Shown: positions 7,774 to 17,265, counted from the stretch's first letter. The stretch: 32,000 nt of DNA from Candidatus Electronema aureum (GCA_004284765.1 NQJD01000005.1:86618-118617); one strand, 5' to 3'. Numbers and translations: made by a program. Notes: generated by a model from the letters alone, not told the origin.

Positions 7774-9060
7774 ATGATGATGAGCCATTTGCAGATCACC
7801 CCGCAGCAGCGCGGCCAAGAGAAGCTGTTGGATGAATTCGTCAGCACCCGGCTTGGCCCGGTGAGGAACCTCTATGAGCTGACCCGTGAGCCGGACGCGC
7901 CAGACATCTTCAGCTATGTCTCAGAACTCTGCGACATGACGCAGTTCAGCTTCCAGCAGTCCGGCACAGTCAGCACCGGCATTGGCATCACCCGCTTTCA
8001 TGCCCGTACAGCAGCTATCGGCGAAGCACTGGAACGCTACGCCAGCGGCTTCTATAATCCGCAAAGCCAAGTCCGGCTCGCCTCCTACAAAGAGCTGCGT
8101 GCAGACGGGCTACGAGCTGCCCATCCCTCAGACTTCGGCCTCTACTCTGAGCAGCAGTATCAGCAGTGCGGCTACCTCCGTCGCTTTACCGAGGAGACTA
8201 GGATCGGCTGGGCCAAGTCAGTCGCACTGACTGACAGCCATGCTGAGGTCTGGCTGCCCGCCTGCTTTGTCTTCCTGCCCTATACGTACATGGCAGGTGA
8301 GACGCAGATATCCTCGCAGATATCTACCGGCCTGTCCGCCTCCTTCGACTTTGACACAGCGGTTATGGGCAGTATCTGTGAGATCGTCGAGCGCGAGGCA
8401 GCGATGCTCACCTGGCTGCACAATCTCCCCTGTGCTGAACTCAGCTTCAGTCCTGACTGCTGGTTCTCTGAGGTTTTTGCCCAGCGGTTTGCCCGCTCTG
8501 GCTTTGCATACCGTCTTTGCCATGCGCCGGGCGACCTTGGCCTGCACACCGTCTTTGCCATGATGGTAGATAAGGGCCGCCACGTCGTCTCCACCGGCTC
8601 TTCCACGAAGACCGATCCACAACAGGCAGCACTGAAGGCCCTGCTGGAGACCGTGCAGGTGCGCGAGCTGCTTCAGTCCATTCCCAAGAGGCGCACGCCA
8701 GCCAAGTTCCATCTAGAGCTGTACCAAGATATTCCTCTCAGTCCTGACCTGCATCAGTTCTTCCATTCAGGTATCACCCAGCATTCCGTGGGTGAGGAGA
8801 CCGCGTTGACGCTGCCAGAATTGCTGGCCAACTGCAAGCAGGCGGGCATAGATGTCTATGTCATTGACCTGACCACCGCTGACCTTGCTGACGCGGGCCT
8901 CAAGGTGGTGCGCGTGGTGATGCCGCAAGCTGTACGCCTCTACCGCGAGTTTGAGCTACCCTATCTTGGCGGCAAACGGTTGTACGAGGCTCCGGCACGG
9001 ATGGGCTTCGCTGCCATGTCTGAGGCAGAGCTGAATCTGCAACCCCATCCCTTTGGCTGA
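7774..9060 (+). CDS. YcaO-family cyclodehydratase (SagD-like azoline synthetase)
   Basis: YcaO signatures GIGITRFHARTAAIGEALERYA and ICEIVEREAAMLTW. The C-terminus ...LQPHPFG resembles the proline-rich PxPxP tail described for azoline-forming YcaOs. Confidence 0.9.
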   Translation: MMMSHLQITPQQRGQEKLLDEFVSTRLGPVRNLYELTREPDAPDIFSYVSELCDMTQFSFQQSGTVSTGIGITRFHARTAAIGEALERYASGFYNPQSQVRLASYKELRADGLRAAHPSDFGLYSEQQYQQCGYLRRFTEETRIGWAKSVALTDSHAEVWLPACFVFLPYTYMAGETQISSQISTGLSASFDFDTAVMGSICEIVEREAAMLTWLHNLPCAELSFSPDCWFSEVFAQRFARSGFAYRLCHAPGDLGLHTVFAMMVDKGRHVVSTGSSTKTDPQQAALKALLETVQVRELLQSIPKRRTPAKFHLELYQDIPLSPDLHQFFHSGITQHSVGEETALTLPELLANCKQAGIDVYVIDLTTADLADAGLKVVRVVMPQAVRLYREFELPYLGGKRLYEAPARMGFAAMSEAELNLQPHPFG

Positions 9061-9064
9061 TACG

Positions 9065-10276
9065 ATGACAGAAAACACGCCCGCGCTGCTGCGGAACCAC
9101 CGCTTCTGGCTGTTCTGGGGCGGCCAGTCGTTGTCCAAGATCGGCGACAAGCTGCACTACATTGCCCTGATGTGGTATGTGGTCAACCGGACCGACTCTG
9201 GCATGGCGATGGGCAGCGTGCTGCTTGCCTCTTCGCTGCCCATTGTCCTCTGTGCGCCCAAGGCTGGGGAACTGATTGACCGACTGAACCGCAAATGGTT
9301 GCTGGCCGCTGCTGACTTACTTCGGGCTGGAGCTGCGCTGGGCATTGGCTGGGCAGCCTCTTCTGGGGAGATCAACCTGCCTCTACTGCTGCTCTTCACC
9401 GCCCTGATGGCTGTGGGCACTGCCTTCTTCCAGCCTGCGGTTAATGCCCTGCTACCGTTGATCGTCCGCGAGGAAGACCTGCTCCGCGCCAACTCTGTCA
9501 ACGAGAGCGCGACCCAGACAGCAGGCCTATCCGGGCCAGTGCTGGCTGGTGTTTTCCTCAGCGTTGCTGCTCCGTATCTGGTTTTTTATCTCAACGCCTT
9601 CTCCTTCCTTGTCGGTGCGCTTTCTGTTTTGCCCTTGATAGTGCAGCAGCCAAAGGTGGAAGCTGACCGGAAAGGTGGTCTGCGTGAGGGTCTGAGCTAT
9701 CTGCTGATGCGGCCCGCGCTGCGGGACATTGCCCTAACCTTCGCGGTGCTCAACTTCGCTGTGAGCTTCATGGAGGTTTATATCCCCTTCCTCAACAAGG
9801 AGAGCTTCGGCGGCGGCGCACAAGAGTTGGGCCTGATCTTCAGTGCGATCTTCGCCGGTGCCCTCTTGGCCTCATTCGGCCTGCTGCTGAAGAAGGACAT
9901 CAACCAGTGGGAGAAGGTGATTGGCGGCGGCATCATTCTGATGGGCCTGTCCTTTGCCGCCATATTCTTCTTCCGCCAGCAGCATATTGCCCTGAGCCTC
10001 TTTCTCCTCGTCGGGGTTGGCTGGGGCGTGTTTGGCACCAATGCGCGGGTTTATATTCAGAAGACCGTGGAAGACCAACGCCGGGGCCGCGTCTTTGCCC
10101 TGATTAGTGCCGTATCCAACCTGATGATGCCGCTCGCCTATGGCCTAGCCGGGCTGGCCGCCAGCGTGTTGCCAGTCTATCCGGCCTTCCTACTGGGCGG
10201 CAGCGTCGTCCTGTTCTGCGGGCTTTATCTATTCTCAAGGAGATTCAACCATGCCGAGTGTCAATGTCCGGCTTAG
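9065..10276 (+). CDS. MFS transporter, EntS/DHA3-like (candidate product exporter)
   Basis: N-terminus LLRNHRFWLFWGGQSLSKIGDKLHYIALMWYV and a polytopic hydrophobic profile. The ATG at 9065 is preferred over the TTG at 9053. It starts 5 nt after the YcaO stop. Confidence 0.8.
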   Translation: MTENTPALLRNHRFWLFWGGQSLSKIGDKLHYIALMWYVVNRTDSGMAMGSVLLASSLPIVLCAPKAGELIDRLNRKWLLAAADLLRAGAALGIGWAASSGEINLPLLLLFTALMAVGTAFFQPAVNALLPLIVREEDLLRANSVNESATQTAGLSGPVLAGVFLSVAAPYLVFYLNAFSFLVGALSVLPLIVQQPKVEADRKGGLREGLSYLLMRPALRDIALTFAVLNFAVSFMEVYIPFLNKESFGGGAQELGLIFSAIFAGALLASFGLLLKKDINQWEKVIGGGIILMGLSFAAIFFFRQQHIALSLFLLVGVGWGVFGTNARVYIQKTVEDQRRGRVFALISAVSNLMMPLAYGLAGLAASVLPVYPAFLLGGSVVLFCGLYLFSRRFNHAECQCPA

Positions 10277-10931
10277 TCTGCCTGACGACAGCCCCTGTGA
10301 GCTGTTCCATACTGCAACTAAACTCTCGCCCTATCAGTTCCGGCAGTGGTACTACCAACAGCCCCCCGTGACTGAGCATCCGGCCATTGCTAAGTGGATG
10401 CAGGCCCCGTTCAAGGAATATCTCTCCTTGCCGCAGACCGAGCTGCCTCCGCCTGCATCTGCGGCTGCCCAAGCAGGCCAGGTAGATGCAGCCTGCCTTG
10501 CTGCGCTGCTCCAGCAGCCAGCCGAGATCAGTTCATTAGAGCTGTATCTCTGGGTGAATGCTGCCAGCGGCATGATGCCGGGCCTGCATCATTACAACAA
10601 ACGAACACACCGGCTGGAGTCCTTCCCTGCTGCCGGGCCGCTGCTGCCAACAGCACAACTGCGCCGGCACATGCCAGAGCACCTCTCCGCCCTGCTCTTT
10701 ATTAGCGGAGTCGTGACCAGAGTGCGCCTGCAACACGGCGAGCGCGGCTACCGCTACATGCTCTTTGAGACTGGCCAAGTGCTGGAGCGGATGCGCTCCC
10801 AGGCGGCAGCCTTGGGCTTCTCGCTGGCTTTGATGCCGGACTTCTATGACGATGCGGTCAACAAGCTGCTCGGCTTGGATGGCGTAGAGGAGTCAGTGCT
10901 GCATATGGCTGGCGTGCTCATGCCGACATAG
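10251..10931 (+). CDS. SagB-type (nitroreductase-fold, FMN) azoline dehydrogenase
   Basis: AAGGAGA RBS. N-terminal FHTATKLSPY motif and C-terminal ERGYRYMLFETGQVLERMRSQAAALGF, typical of SagB/ThcOx dehydrogenases. It overlaps the MFS gene by 26 nt. Confidence 0.75.
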   Translation: MPSVNVRLSLPDDSPCELFHTATKLSPYQFRQWYYQQPPVTEHPAIAKWMQAPFKEYLSLPQTELPPPASAAAQAGQVDAACLAALLQQPAEISSLELYLWVNAASGMMPGLHHYNKRTHRLESFPAAGPLLPTAQLRRHMPEHLSALLFISGVVTRVRLQHGERGYRYMLFETGQVLERMRSQAAALGFSLALMPDFYDDAVNKLLGLDGVEESVLHMAGVLMPT

Positions 10932-11021
10932 GAGCCTATGTCAGCATGACGTAGGTACCTGTGTCATGGTGATGCAGGCACCTCTGTCAGGTTGATAGAG
11001 GTGCCTCTGTCAATCTGAGCA
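10930..11021 (+). repeat. four 23-bp-periodic direct repeats (AGGNNCCTNTGTCA...) with an embedded 10-bp perfect inverted repeat
   Basis: AGGAGCCTATGTCA at 10930, AGGTACCTGTGTCA at 10953, AGGCACCTCTGTCA at 10976 and AGGTGCCTCTGTCA at 10999. AGGCACCTCT (10976-10985) pairs perfectly with AGAGGTGCCT (10997-11006). Confidence 0.8.
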
Positions 11022-11067
11022 AAATTGCCGGTGGCGGTTTGCGAACGGCTTTACGGATATCTGGACT

Positions 11068-11874
11068 ATGAATCCTCTGCAACAGTGGCGGGCCTTTCAG
11101 GACAAGAGCTTGTACTATCAGGCCGTGAAGGCAGATGGCGAGGAATCCTGCTGGCGGGAGATCGCCCGCCAGTATGATCAGCTGGTCTATCCGCAGCATC
11201 AGCAAAGAGCGCTGCTAGCCCGGCTGCTGCCGCGCTTAGACGGTGTGTCCAGCGCGATTGAGATCGGTGCGGGCAGCGGCACGCTCACCATGCCGCTGGC
11301 ACGGCAGTTCAGGCGGATGACGGCGGTTGAGCCGTCCCCATCCATGGCCGAGGTCTTGCAGGGCAATCTCGTCCAGCAGCGGCTTGGGCACGTCACTATC
11401 ATCCGCCAACGCTGGGAAGAAGCACAGCTGCCGCCAGCAGACGCAGTGATTGCCGGTGGCTGTCTTTACGTCTTCTATGAGATTGAAGCTGCGCTGCGGA
11501 AGATGCGGGAGGCGGCCAGGTCAACGGTGCTCCTCACCCATGTTGGCAATGAAGGGCTGTGGGATATTGACCTGCGCGCGCAGGAGCTGCTGGCCGCGCC
11601 CAAGCCCTGCCTCTTTCCGCCACTGCCGCTGCTCATGGATGTGCTGACCTCGCTGCGCATTCCAGCCACAGTTGAGCTGTTCTATGTCACGACCACGAAA
11701 CGCTTCACTGAAGAGCAATGGCTCAAACGCTGCCAGCGGCTTTTCGCGGTGCGTCCTGAGCAGCAGCCGCTCCTGCTGGACTTTCTCCGGCAGGAATTGC
11801 ATCAGGAACACGGCTGCTGGACTGTTACCGAGGATGTTCCCGCCACGATAGTCGAATTACGGAGAGAGAATTGA
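11068..11874 (+). CDS. class I SAM-dependent methyltransferase (candidate tailoring enzyme)
   Basis: SAM motif I IEIGAGSGTLTMPLA and post-I AVEPS. Its stop overlaps the next gene's start. Confidence 0.8.
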   Translation: MNPLQQWRAFQDKSLYYQAVKADGEESCWREIARQYDQLVYPQHQQRALLARLLPRLDGVSSAIEIGAGSGTLTMPLARQFRRMTAVEPSPSMAEVLQGNLVQQRLGHVTIIRQRWEEAQLPPADAVIAGGCLYVFYEIEAALRKMREAARSTVLLTHVGNEGLWDIDLRAQELLAAPKPCLFPPLPLLMDVLTSLRIPATVELFYVTTTKRFTEEQWLKRCQRLFAVRPEQQPLLLDFLRQELHQEHGCWTVTEDVPATIVELRREN

Positions 11875-13331
11875 ACAAGTTCATGCTGCTGACGCTGGCT
11901 GCCCTGTTGATCTGTTCTGCTGCCCTTGCAGGCGAGGACAAACTGACTGTCGCGCTCGGCAAAGATGAGTACATCACCGCAGGGCCAAGGGCAAATCTCG
12001 GCAAGTACCCGCTCAACGCCAAGATCTTTGAATCGCTGACCACCTTTGATCAACACTTCAGGCTGCTGCCTTGCCTGGCGGTCTCTTGGACGCAGCACGA
12101 TAGGAAGATATGGCGGTTCGTCCTGCGCGAGGGCGTGCGGTTCCATGACGGCAGCCCGCTTGATGCCGCAGCCGTGCGTCGCTCCTTTGAACAGCAGGCG
12201 CAGAGCGGCACACTGCTCTTTGAGTACGAGAGCCTCAAAGACATCGCGGCCAACATCATTGAGATCACCACGCCGCAGGAGAATAGGATCCTGCCGTACA
12301 TCCTCTCGCATCCCTATCTCGGCATCACCAAGATAGGCAGCAAAGAGCCTGTCGGCACTGGGCCATTGCAGTTTGTTCGCTACGAGAAAGACCAGTTGCT
12401 GGAGGTCAAGCGGTATGAAGACTACTGGGGTGATCAAGCCAAGAATGCAGGCATTGTCTTCCGCTTTCTGCCGGATAACGCAGCCCGAATGATGGCTTTT
12501 CAGGCAGGCGAGGCGGATATTCTCGCCGATTTGCCATGGGAGGCTCTGCCGGAGCTACAGGCCAGCAGCGGCATCACGCTGCGCACGTCGCCAGTGGGCA
12601 GCTATGTCGGCCTGATGCTCTCAGGCAAGGGGGCCACGGCAGAGAAGCGCGTGCGGCAGGCCATTGCCCTCGCGTTTGACCGGCAGGCGATCAGCAAGGC
12701 GGTTTGGCACGGTCTTGGCGAGACACGGCAGACCCTGCTGGCGCCGTCCTTTCTTGGCAGTCATGAGGCACTTCTGGCTGACCTGCCATGTAATCCAGCC
12801 AAGGCCAAGGAGCTGCTGGGCGGCAGAACGATCAGCCTTGCTTTGATCTCCGGCTTTCCCAATGCCAATGCCCACGGCATACTGCCGGAGATCCTGCAAG
12901 CACAGCTTCAGGCCGCAGGCTTTGAAGTACGTCTGCAGAAAATCAACGACGCTGGTCTGTACCACTCGATGATGAAGGCGGGAAAGGGCGACCTATGGCT
13001 GGAGAAAGGCAGCGTCAACAGTGCAGATCTGACCTTCCTGCCGCACCTGCTCTTTCATCCTGAGGGCTATTACCCTAAGCAGCTCGGCACAGCAGCAGGC
13101 ACAGTGGCATTCGTTGATCACATTGCCAAGGCCAGAGCTGCGGAGAGCGATGATGCCTTGCGGAGAAACACCGCGCTGGCCTTGAAGGAGATTGTTACGG
13201 AGGAGCTGCTCTTTATCCCGCTTGCCGAGCTGCCCTTCCTGCTGGCAGCGCAGCCAGATGTGCAGACACCTGAGCTGCACCCGACGCTGCTCACCACCCG
13301 CTGGGATCAGTTTGCATCTGTCCGGCGGTGA
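11871..13331 (+). CDS. ABC transporter substrate-binding protein, family 5 (NikA/DppA/OppA-like)
   Basis: Signal peptide MNKFMLLTLAALLICSAALA. Family-5 features AVSWTQHDRKIWRFVLREGVRFHDGSPLDAAAV and LEVKRYEDYWG. The TTG at 11871 follows GGAGAGAGA; an alternative ATG lies at 11883. Confidence 0.85.
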   Translation: MNKFMLLTLAALLICSAALAGEDKLTVALGKDEYITAGPRANLGKYPLNAKIFESLTTFDQHFRLLPCLAVSWTQHDRKIWRFVLREGVRFHDGSPLDAAAVRRSFEQQAQSGTLLFEYESLKDIAANIIEITTPQENRILPYILSHPYLGITKIGSKEPVGTGPLQFVRYEKDQLLEVKRYEDYWGDQAKNAGIVFRFLPDNAARMMAFQAGEADILADLPWEALPELQASSGITLRTSPVGSYVGLMLSGKGATAEKRVRQAIALAFDRQAISKAVWHGLGETRQTLLAPSFLGSHEALLADLPCNPAKAKELLGGRTISLALISGFPNANAHGILPEILQAQLQAAGFEVRLQKINDAGLYHSMMKAGKGDLWLEKGSVNSADLTFLPHLLFHPEGYYPKQLGTAAGTVAFVDHIAKARAAESDDALRRNTALALKEIVTEELLFIPLAELPFLLAAQPDVQTPELHPTLLTTRWDQFASVRR

Positions 13332-13377
13332 GGAATTCCTCTCGTTGCAAAGGAACACTGCCGGGCAGATGCAACAT

Positions 13378-13440
13378 AGCGGCAGTTGCTCCCTGTGTTG
13401 AACGTGCCTTTGACTCTCCTCGTCCTGCCGCTGTTTTTTA
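13378..13440 (+). terminator. possible intrinsic terminator after block 2
   Basis: AGCGGCAG (13378-13385) pairs perfectly with CTGCCGCT (13425-13432), followed by GTTTTTTA. The 39-nt loop is long, so this is tentative. Confidence 0.35.
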
Positions 13441-13473
13441 TGCCACCCAGCCATCCGGGCATTTCACCCAGAA

Positions 13474-13521
13474 AAATGAGTTTTCTGCCTCATTGCGCGG
13501 GCGGGCGGAATATGGTTTAAG
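13474..13521 (+). promoter_or_regulatory. promoter/operator module copy 3 (upstream of receptor 2)
   Basis: AAATGAG (13474-13480), N7, CCTCATTG (13488-13495), CG, CGGGC (13498-13502). The -35-like TTGCGC (13493-13498) is followed by a 17-nt spacer and a weak -10 TTTAAG (13516-13521). Confidence 0.5.
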
Positions 13522-13609
13522 GGTGAGTATCAAATCTTGAACCCATGCGATACGCATCCCGCCCGGCGCGGGAATCCTGATACTCATCTCAAAGAAAGGA
13601 AGAACGAAC

Positions 13610-15910
13610 GTGCGCACAAAGAGATACCGGAAGGCCGCCCTCATGGGACTGACCGCCGCAGCCTTGGCTGGACAGGCCGCCGCAGCGGAGACAGAGATGG
13701 CGGAAGTGCTGGTGACTGGCGACAAGCTGATCACGCCGTCCATGCAGGCCAGCGAGACTGTGTACACCGGCAGCGAGATCACGCCCAAAGGCATTGAACT
13801 GCAAGGCGCGAAAGCCAGCACCAGCGTGTACAGCGCCTTGGACATGCTGCCGGGCATCAACGTCGAAAGCCCGGACAGCACCGGCTTGGCTGCGGAGATG
13901 AGCAGCGTTCGGGTGCGCGGCGTGCGCAGCTCAATGGGCGCGATGACCGTGGAGGGAATGCCCAATCATGGCGGCAATCCCATTGGCCCGCGCGACTACC
14001 TCTATGACATGGAGAACATGCGCGGCATCTCCATTTACAAGGGCGCGATACCGGGCGACATCGGCACTGGCATAGGCTCACGCGGCGGGGCAATAGAGCT
14101 ACGCCCTGATTGGCCGGGCAAGGGCTTCGGTCTGCGCTTCAAGCAGAGCCTCGGCTCGAACAGCTACACCCGCAGCTATGTCCGCTTGGACAGCTGCCCG
14201 GCGGCTGAGACAGGCACTGCCGTTTCCGGTTCCTATTCCTTTAGCCAGGCGGACAAGTGGCGCGGTGAAGGCGAGCTGGGACCCCGCAACAACGCCAACG
14301 TCTCCTTGAGCCAGCCGCTCAGTGAGAAGGCTGATGTCAAGCTCTGGTATAACCACAACGACCTTGACCAGCACCTCTACCGCCCGCTGACGTGGAAGGA
14401 AACGCAGAACCTCTCGGCAAACTATGAGAAGGACTTCAACGCTGCCCGCAGCGGCTTGGCAGAGAAGGACTTTGAATATTACGACTACAACCGTGGCACG
14501 TATGAGAACAATGACCTGCTGGCCATTCTGACGCTGCGCGCCTCCGATTCCCTGCGGTTCACGGTCAAACCCTACCACACTAGGGAAGACGTGGAGATTC
14601 TACAGGGAGTGGCCACGGTTGTCACGCCTTCTTCTGGGGCCTCCTCCTCAGGCACTTCAACCTCCGCTGGAAGCTCCTCTTCCGGCGGAGCCGCTGTTCC
14701 TTCCTCCACCTACAGCGTGCAGAAACGCCTGCGCGACATCAAGCACACCGGCATGGTCGCGGAAGCAATGGCCGAGCAGGGCGACATGAAGGGCACGCTG
14801 GGCTATCATCTGGAAAGCTCAGACTCCAGCATACTGACGGAGAACTACGCCCTCACCGGTTCTGGCCTTGCATATCGGGGCTATGGCCGCATGACCGTCG
14901 GAGAAGATAACGATTACATCAACAGCCCCTATGTCAAACTGGCAGGCACACGCGGCGCGTTTGACTGGCAAGCTGGTCTCAAGTATTTCCACTACACCGA
15001 AGCGGCGAGCAAAGGCTATATCTCTGACAAGACCGCGCCCTACTCTTTAAAGCGCGCTGCTGACATTGATCAGAATGAAAAGACCTTGGACATCTGGCTG
15101 CCCACGGCAGCAGCAGCGTGGCGGTTCAGCAATGAGCTGGAAGGCCGCGCCAGCTACGGTAAGACCTTCATCCGGCCATACTCGTATCTGCCGCTGCACA
15201 ATATCTATAGCCAGAACCGGGCCACCTTCTTGGCCAAAGGCATCAGCCTGCAAGACCTCTTCGCGGGCTACGACTTTGAACAGGCAGACATCTTCGATAT
15301 CGGCGTGCGCTGGACTTCCGGTATGTTCGAGATCGCCCCGACCTTCTTTTATGGCAAGCACAAGAACTTGCTGACCACCATCTATGATCCTCGCGTTGAT
15401 CTGAACTACCAGCAGAACGTGGGTGAGGCCACCGGGTATGGCCTTGATGTGGAAATGAACGCCTATCTGAGCAGCAATCTCACCGCCTTTATCAACCCAA
15501 CTTGGACTTCGATGACCTACGATGAGGATCTGAGCTACGCGGGCAAACGCAGGGCCACTGAGGGCAATCAGGTGATTGACACGCCAGAGTGGATGGTTAA
15601 GACAGGGCTGATCTGGAGCTGGCAACAGTTCGAGCTTGCCCCAATGCTGCGCTATCTCGGCGAGCGCTACGCCGACGCGGAGAACCGGAGCGAAGTGGAC
15701 TCCGCCTTTGTTGCTGACCTGCGCATGAGCTATCTGCTGCCGCCCATGCTGCACAGCAAGGAAATGAAGCTCTCGCTGGAGTTGAACAACCTCTTGGACG
15801 AGGAGTACATCTCCAGCATCACTGGCTCAGACGACAGCCGGGGTGGCCAGTCGAGCTTCTATCAGGGCGCGCCGTTCTCAGCCATGCTGATTTTCTCTGT
15901 CCGGTATTGA
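13610..15910 (+). CDS. TonB-dependent outer-membrane receptor 2
   Basis: GTG start after AAAGGAAG. Signal peptide ...LTAAALAGQAAAAE, TonB-box-like EVLVTGDK, plug region SVRVRGV...ISIYKGAIPG, and a barrel ending ...IFSVRY. It contains a Ser/Gly-rich insert at 14624-14707. Confidence 0.9.
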   Translation: MRTKRYRKAALMGLTAAALAGQAAAAETEMAEVLVTGDKLITPSMQASETVYTGSEITPKGIELQGAKASTSVYSALDMLPGINVESPDSTGLAAEMSSVRVRGVRSSMGAMTVEGMPNHGGNPIGPRDYLYDMENMRGISIYKGAIPGDIGTGIGSRGGAIELRPDWPGKGFGLRFKQSLGSNSYTRSYVRLDSCPAAETGTAVSGSYSFSQADKWRGEGELGPRNNANVSLSQPLSEKADVKLWYNHNDLDQHLYRPLTWKETQNLSANYEKDFNAARSGLAEKDFEYYDYNRGTYENNDLLAILTLRASDSLRFTVKPYHTREDVEILQGVATVVTPSSGASSSGTSTSAGSSSSGGAAVPSSTYSVQKRLRDIKHTGMVAEAMAEQGDMKGTLGYHLESSDSSILTENYALTGSGLAYRGYGRMTVGEDNDYINSPYVKLAGTRGAFDWQAGLKYFHYTEAASKGYISDKTAPYSLKRAADIDQNEKTLDIWLPTAAAAWRFSNELEGRASYGKTFIRPYSYLPLHNIYSQNRATFLAKGISLQDLFAGYDFEQADIFDIGVRWTSGMFEIAPTFFYGKHKNLLTTIYDPRVDLNYQQNVGEATGYGLDVEMNAYLSSNLTAFINPTWTSMTYDEDLSYAGKRRATEGNQVIDTPEWMVKTGLIWSWQQFELAPMLRYLGERYADAENRSEVDSAFVADLRMSYLLPPMLHSKEMKLSLELNNLLDEEYISSITGSDDSRGGQSSFYQGAPFSAMLIFSVRY

Positions 15911-15944
15911 TTTTTTGCTATCAATTTCAACGCAAAGGGTAATT

Positions 15945-16484
15945 ATGTCTGTTGCAACACAGAACGACTGGGAGCAGTGCGTCGCCTTTCACGGCCACGA
16001 ATGCCCCGGCTTGGCTATCGGCTACCGGATCGCCAAAGCGGCGCAGAACAAGCTGGGCGTAAGCTTCTCGCCGGACGAGGATGTGGTCTGCGTGACCGAG
16101 AACGATGCCTGCGGCTTGGACGCAGTCCAGTATCTCACCGGCTGCACCTTGGGCAAAGGCAACCTCATCTACCGCGACCGGGGCAAGCAGGCGTTCAGCT
16201 TCTTTGTCCGCTCGCAGAACAAAAAGCTGCGCGTGGTGATGTCGCTGAAGTTTGACCGGGACAAAATGGATCGGGAAGCTCTGAAAAAACAGATACTGAC
16301 CATGCCGGACGAGGAGCTGTTCGCCTTCAGCGAGCCAAGCTATGACCTGCCCGCCCGCGCCCGTCTCTTCAAAAGCGTGACCTGCGAGCAGTGCGGCGAG
16401 ACCTGCTCGGAGCGCAATGTCCGCCTGCACGAGGGCAAGCAGCTCTGCATGGACTGTGCGCCGGATTATTCCAGAGGGTGGTGA
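15945..16484 (+). CDS. FmdE-family protein (formylmethanofuran dehydrogenase subunit E-like) with C-terminal zinc ribbon
   Basis: AFHGHECPGLAIGYR and DACGLDAVQYLTGCTLGKGNL are typical of the FmdE domain. The C-terminal CEQCGE...CMDCA forms a CxxC pair. RBS AAAGGG. Confidence 0.8.
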   Translation: MSVATQNDWEQCVAFHGHECPGLAIGYRIAKAAQNKLGVSFSPDEDVVCVTENDACGLDAVQYLTGCTLGKGNLIYRDRGKQAFSFFVRSQNKKLRVVMSLKFDRDKMDREALKKQILTMPDEELFAFSEPSYDLPARARLFKSVTCEQCGETCSERNVRLHEGKQLCMDCAPDYSRGW

Positions 16485-16485
16485 G

Positions 16486-17265
16486 ATGAGCGCAAAAATT
16501 CCTCGGCATCAGCGGGCCTTTTGGGAGAAAATGGCCACAAAATATCCTCTGCCTTTTGAGGAGAAAAGCTTGGCCGACACGATTCGGCTGATTGAAATGG
16601 TTGAAGCTTGCGGAGTACGGATTGACGGAGTTTCCATTTTGGACATCGGCTGCGGCACAGGTCGGCAAAGCCTGCTACTGGCCCAGCGGGCGGTCAAGGT
16701 GTTGGGGCTGGATTTTTCTCAAGGCATGGTTGACTGCTTTGAGCGCGAACGGCAGAAGCATGGCATTGCCAACGCCGCTGTCATGCGGTGTGCGTGGAAC
16801 GAGCTGGATATCACCGCGCAGGGGCTGGAAAAAGGCTTTGATATTGCGTGGGCTTCCATGACTCCGGCAATGCGCGGAACGGACGATCTGACCCGCATGA
16901 ACCGCTGCGCCCGTGAATGGTGCGTGTATATTGGCTGGGGCAGAACGCGGCGCAATCCTTTTCTGGAAGAGGTCTTCGCCGCCCATGCCTTGACCTTTGG
17001 CCCGCCGCCAGGAGCCATCGCCGCGCAGGCGCTGCTCAGGCAGCTGGGGATTGACACTGAGGTGAGCTGGCTTGAAAGTTCTTGGGACTGGCAAGGCACT
17101 GAACAGGAGGCTGTTGACCATGCCGCCGCTTTTGTCGAATCGCAAGGCGATGTCACCTCGGACAGCGGGATTATCAGGGAAATTACCGCAAAGTTCAGCC
17201 GCAATGGCCAAGTCAGCTGCTGCACTGAAGCTGAAAAGGGGGTGCTGACGTGGCGGGCAAGATGA
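16486..17265 (+). CDS. class I SAM-dependent methyltransferase 2
   Basis: Motif I ILDIGCGTGRQSLLLA and post-I LGLDFS. It starts 1 nt after the FmdE stop, and its stop overlaps the next start (ATGA). Confidence 0.8.
   Translation: MSAKIPRHQRAFWEKMATKYPLPFEEKSLADTIRLIEMVEACGVRIDGVSILDIGCGTGRQSLLLAQRAVKVLGLDFSQGMVDCFERERQKHGIANAAVMRCAWNELDITAQGLEKGFDIAWASMTPAMRGTDDLTRMNRCAREWCVYIGWGRTRRNPFLEEVFAAHALTFGPPPGAIAAQALLRQLGIDTEVSWLESSWDWQGTEQEAVDHAAAFVESQGDVTSDSGIIREITAKFSRNGQVSCCTEAEKGVLTWRAR

Noticed and set aside
6465-10931. A methanobactin-type (MbnA/MbnB/MbnC) or bufferin-type (MNIO) copper peptide system
   Set aside because: No DUF692/MNIO-like or MbnC-like gene is present. The modifying enzymes are YcaO, an E1-like protein and a SagB-type dehydrogenase, so the chemistry should be azole formation rather than oxazolone-thioamide.
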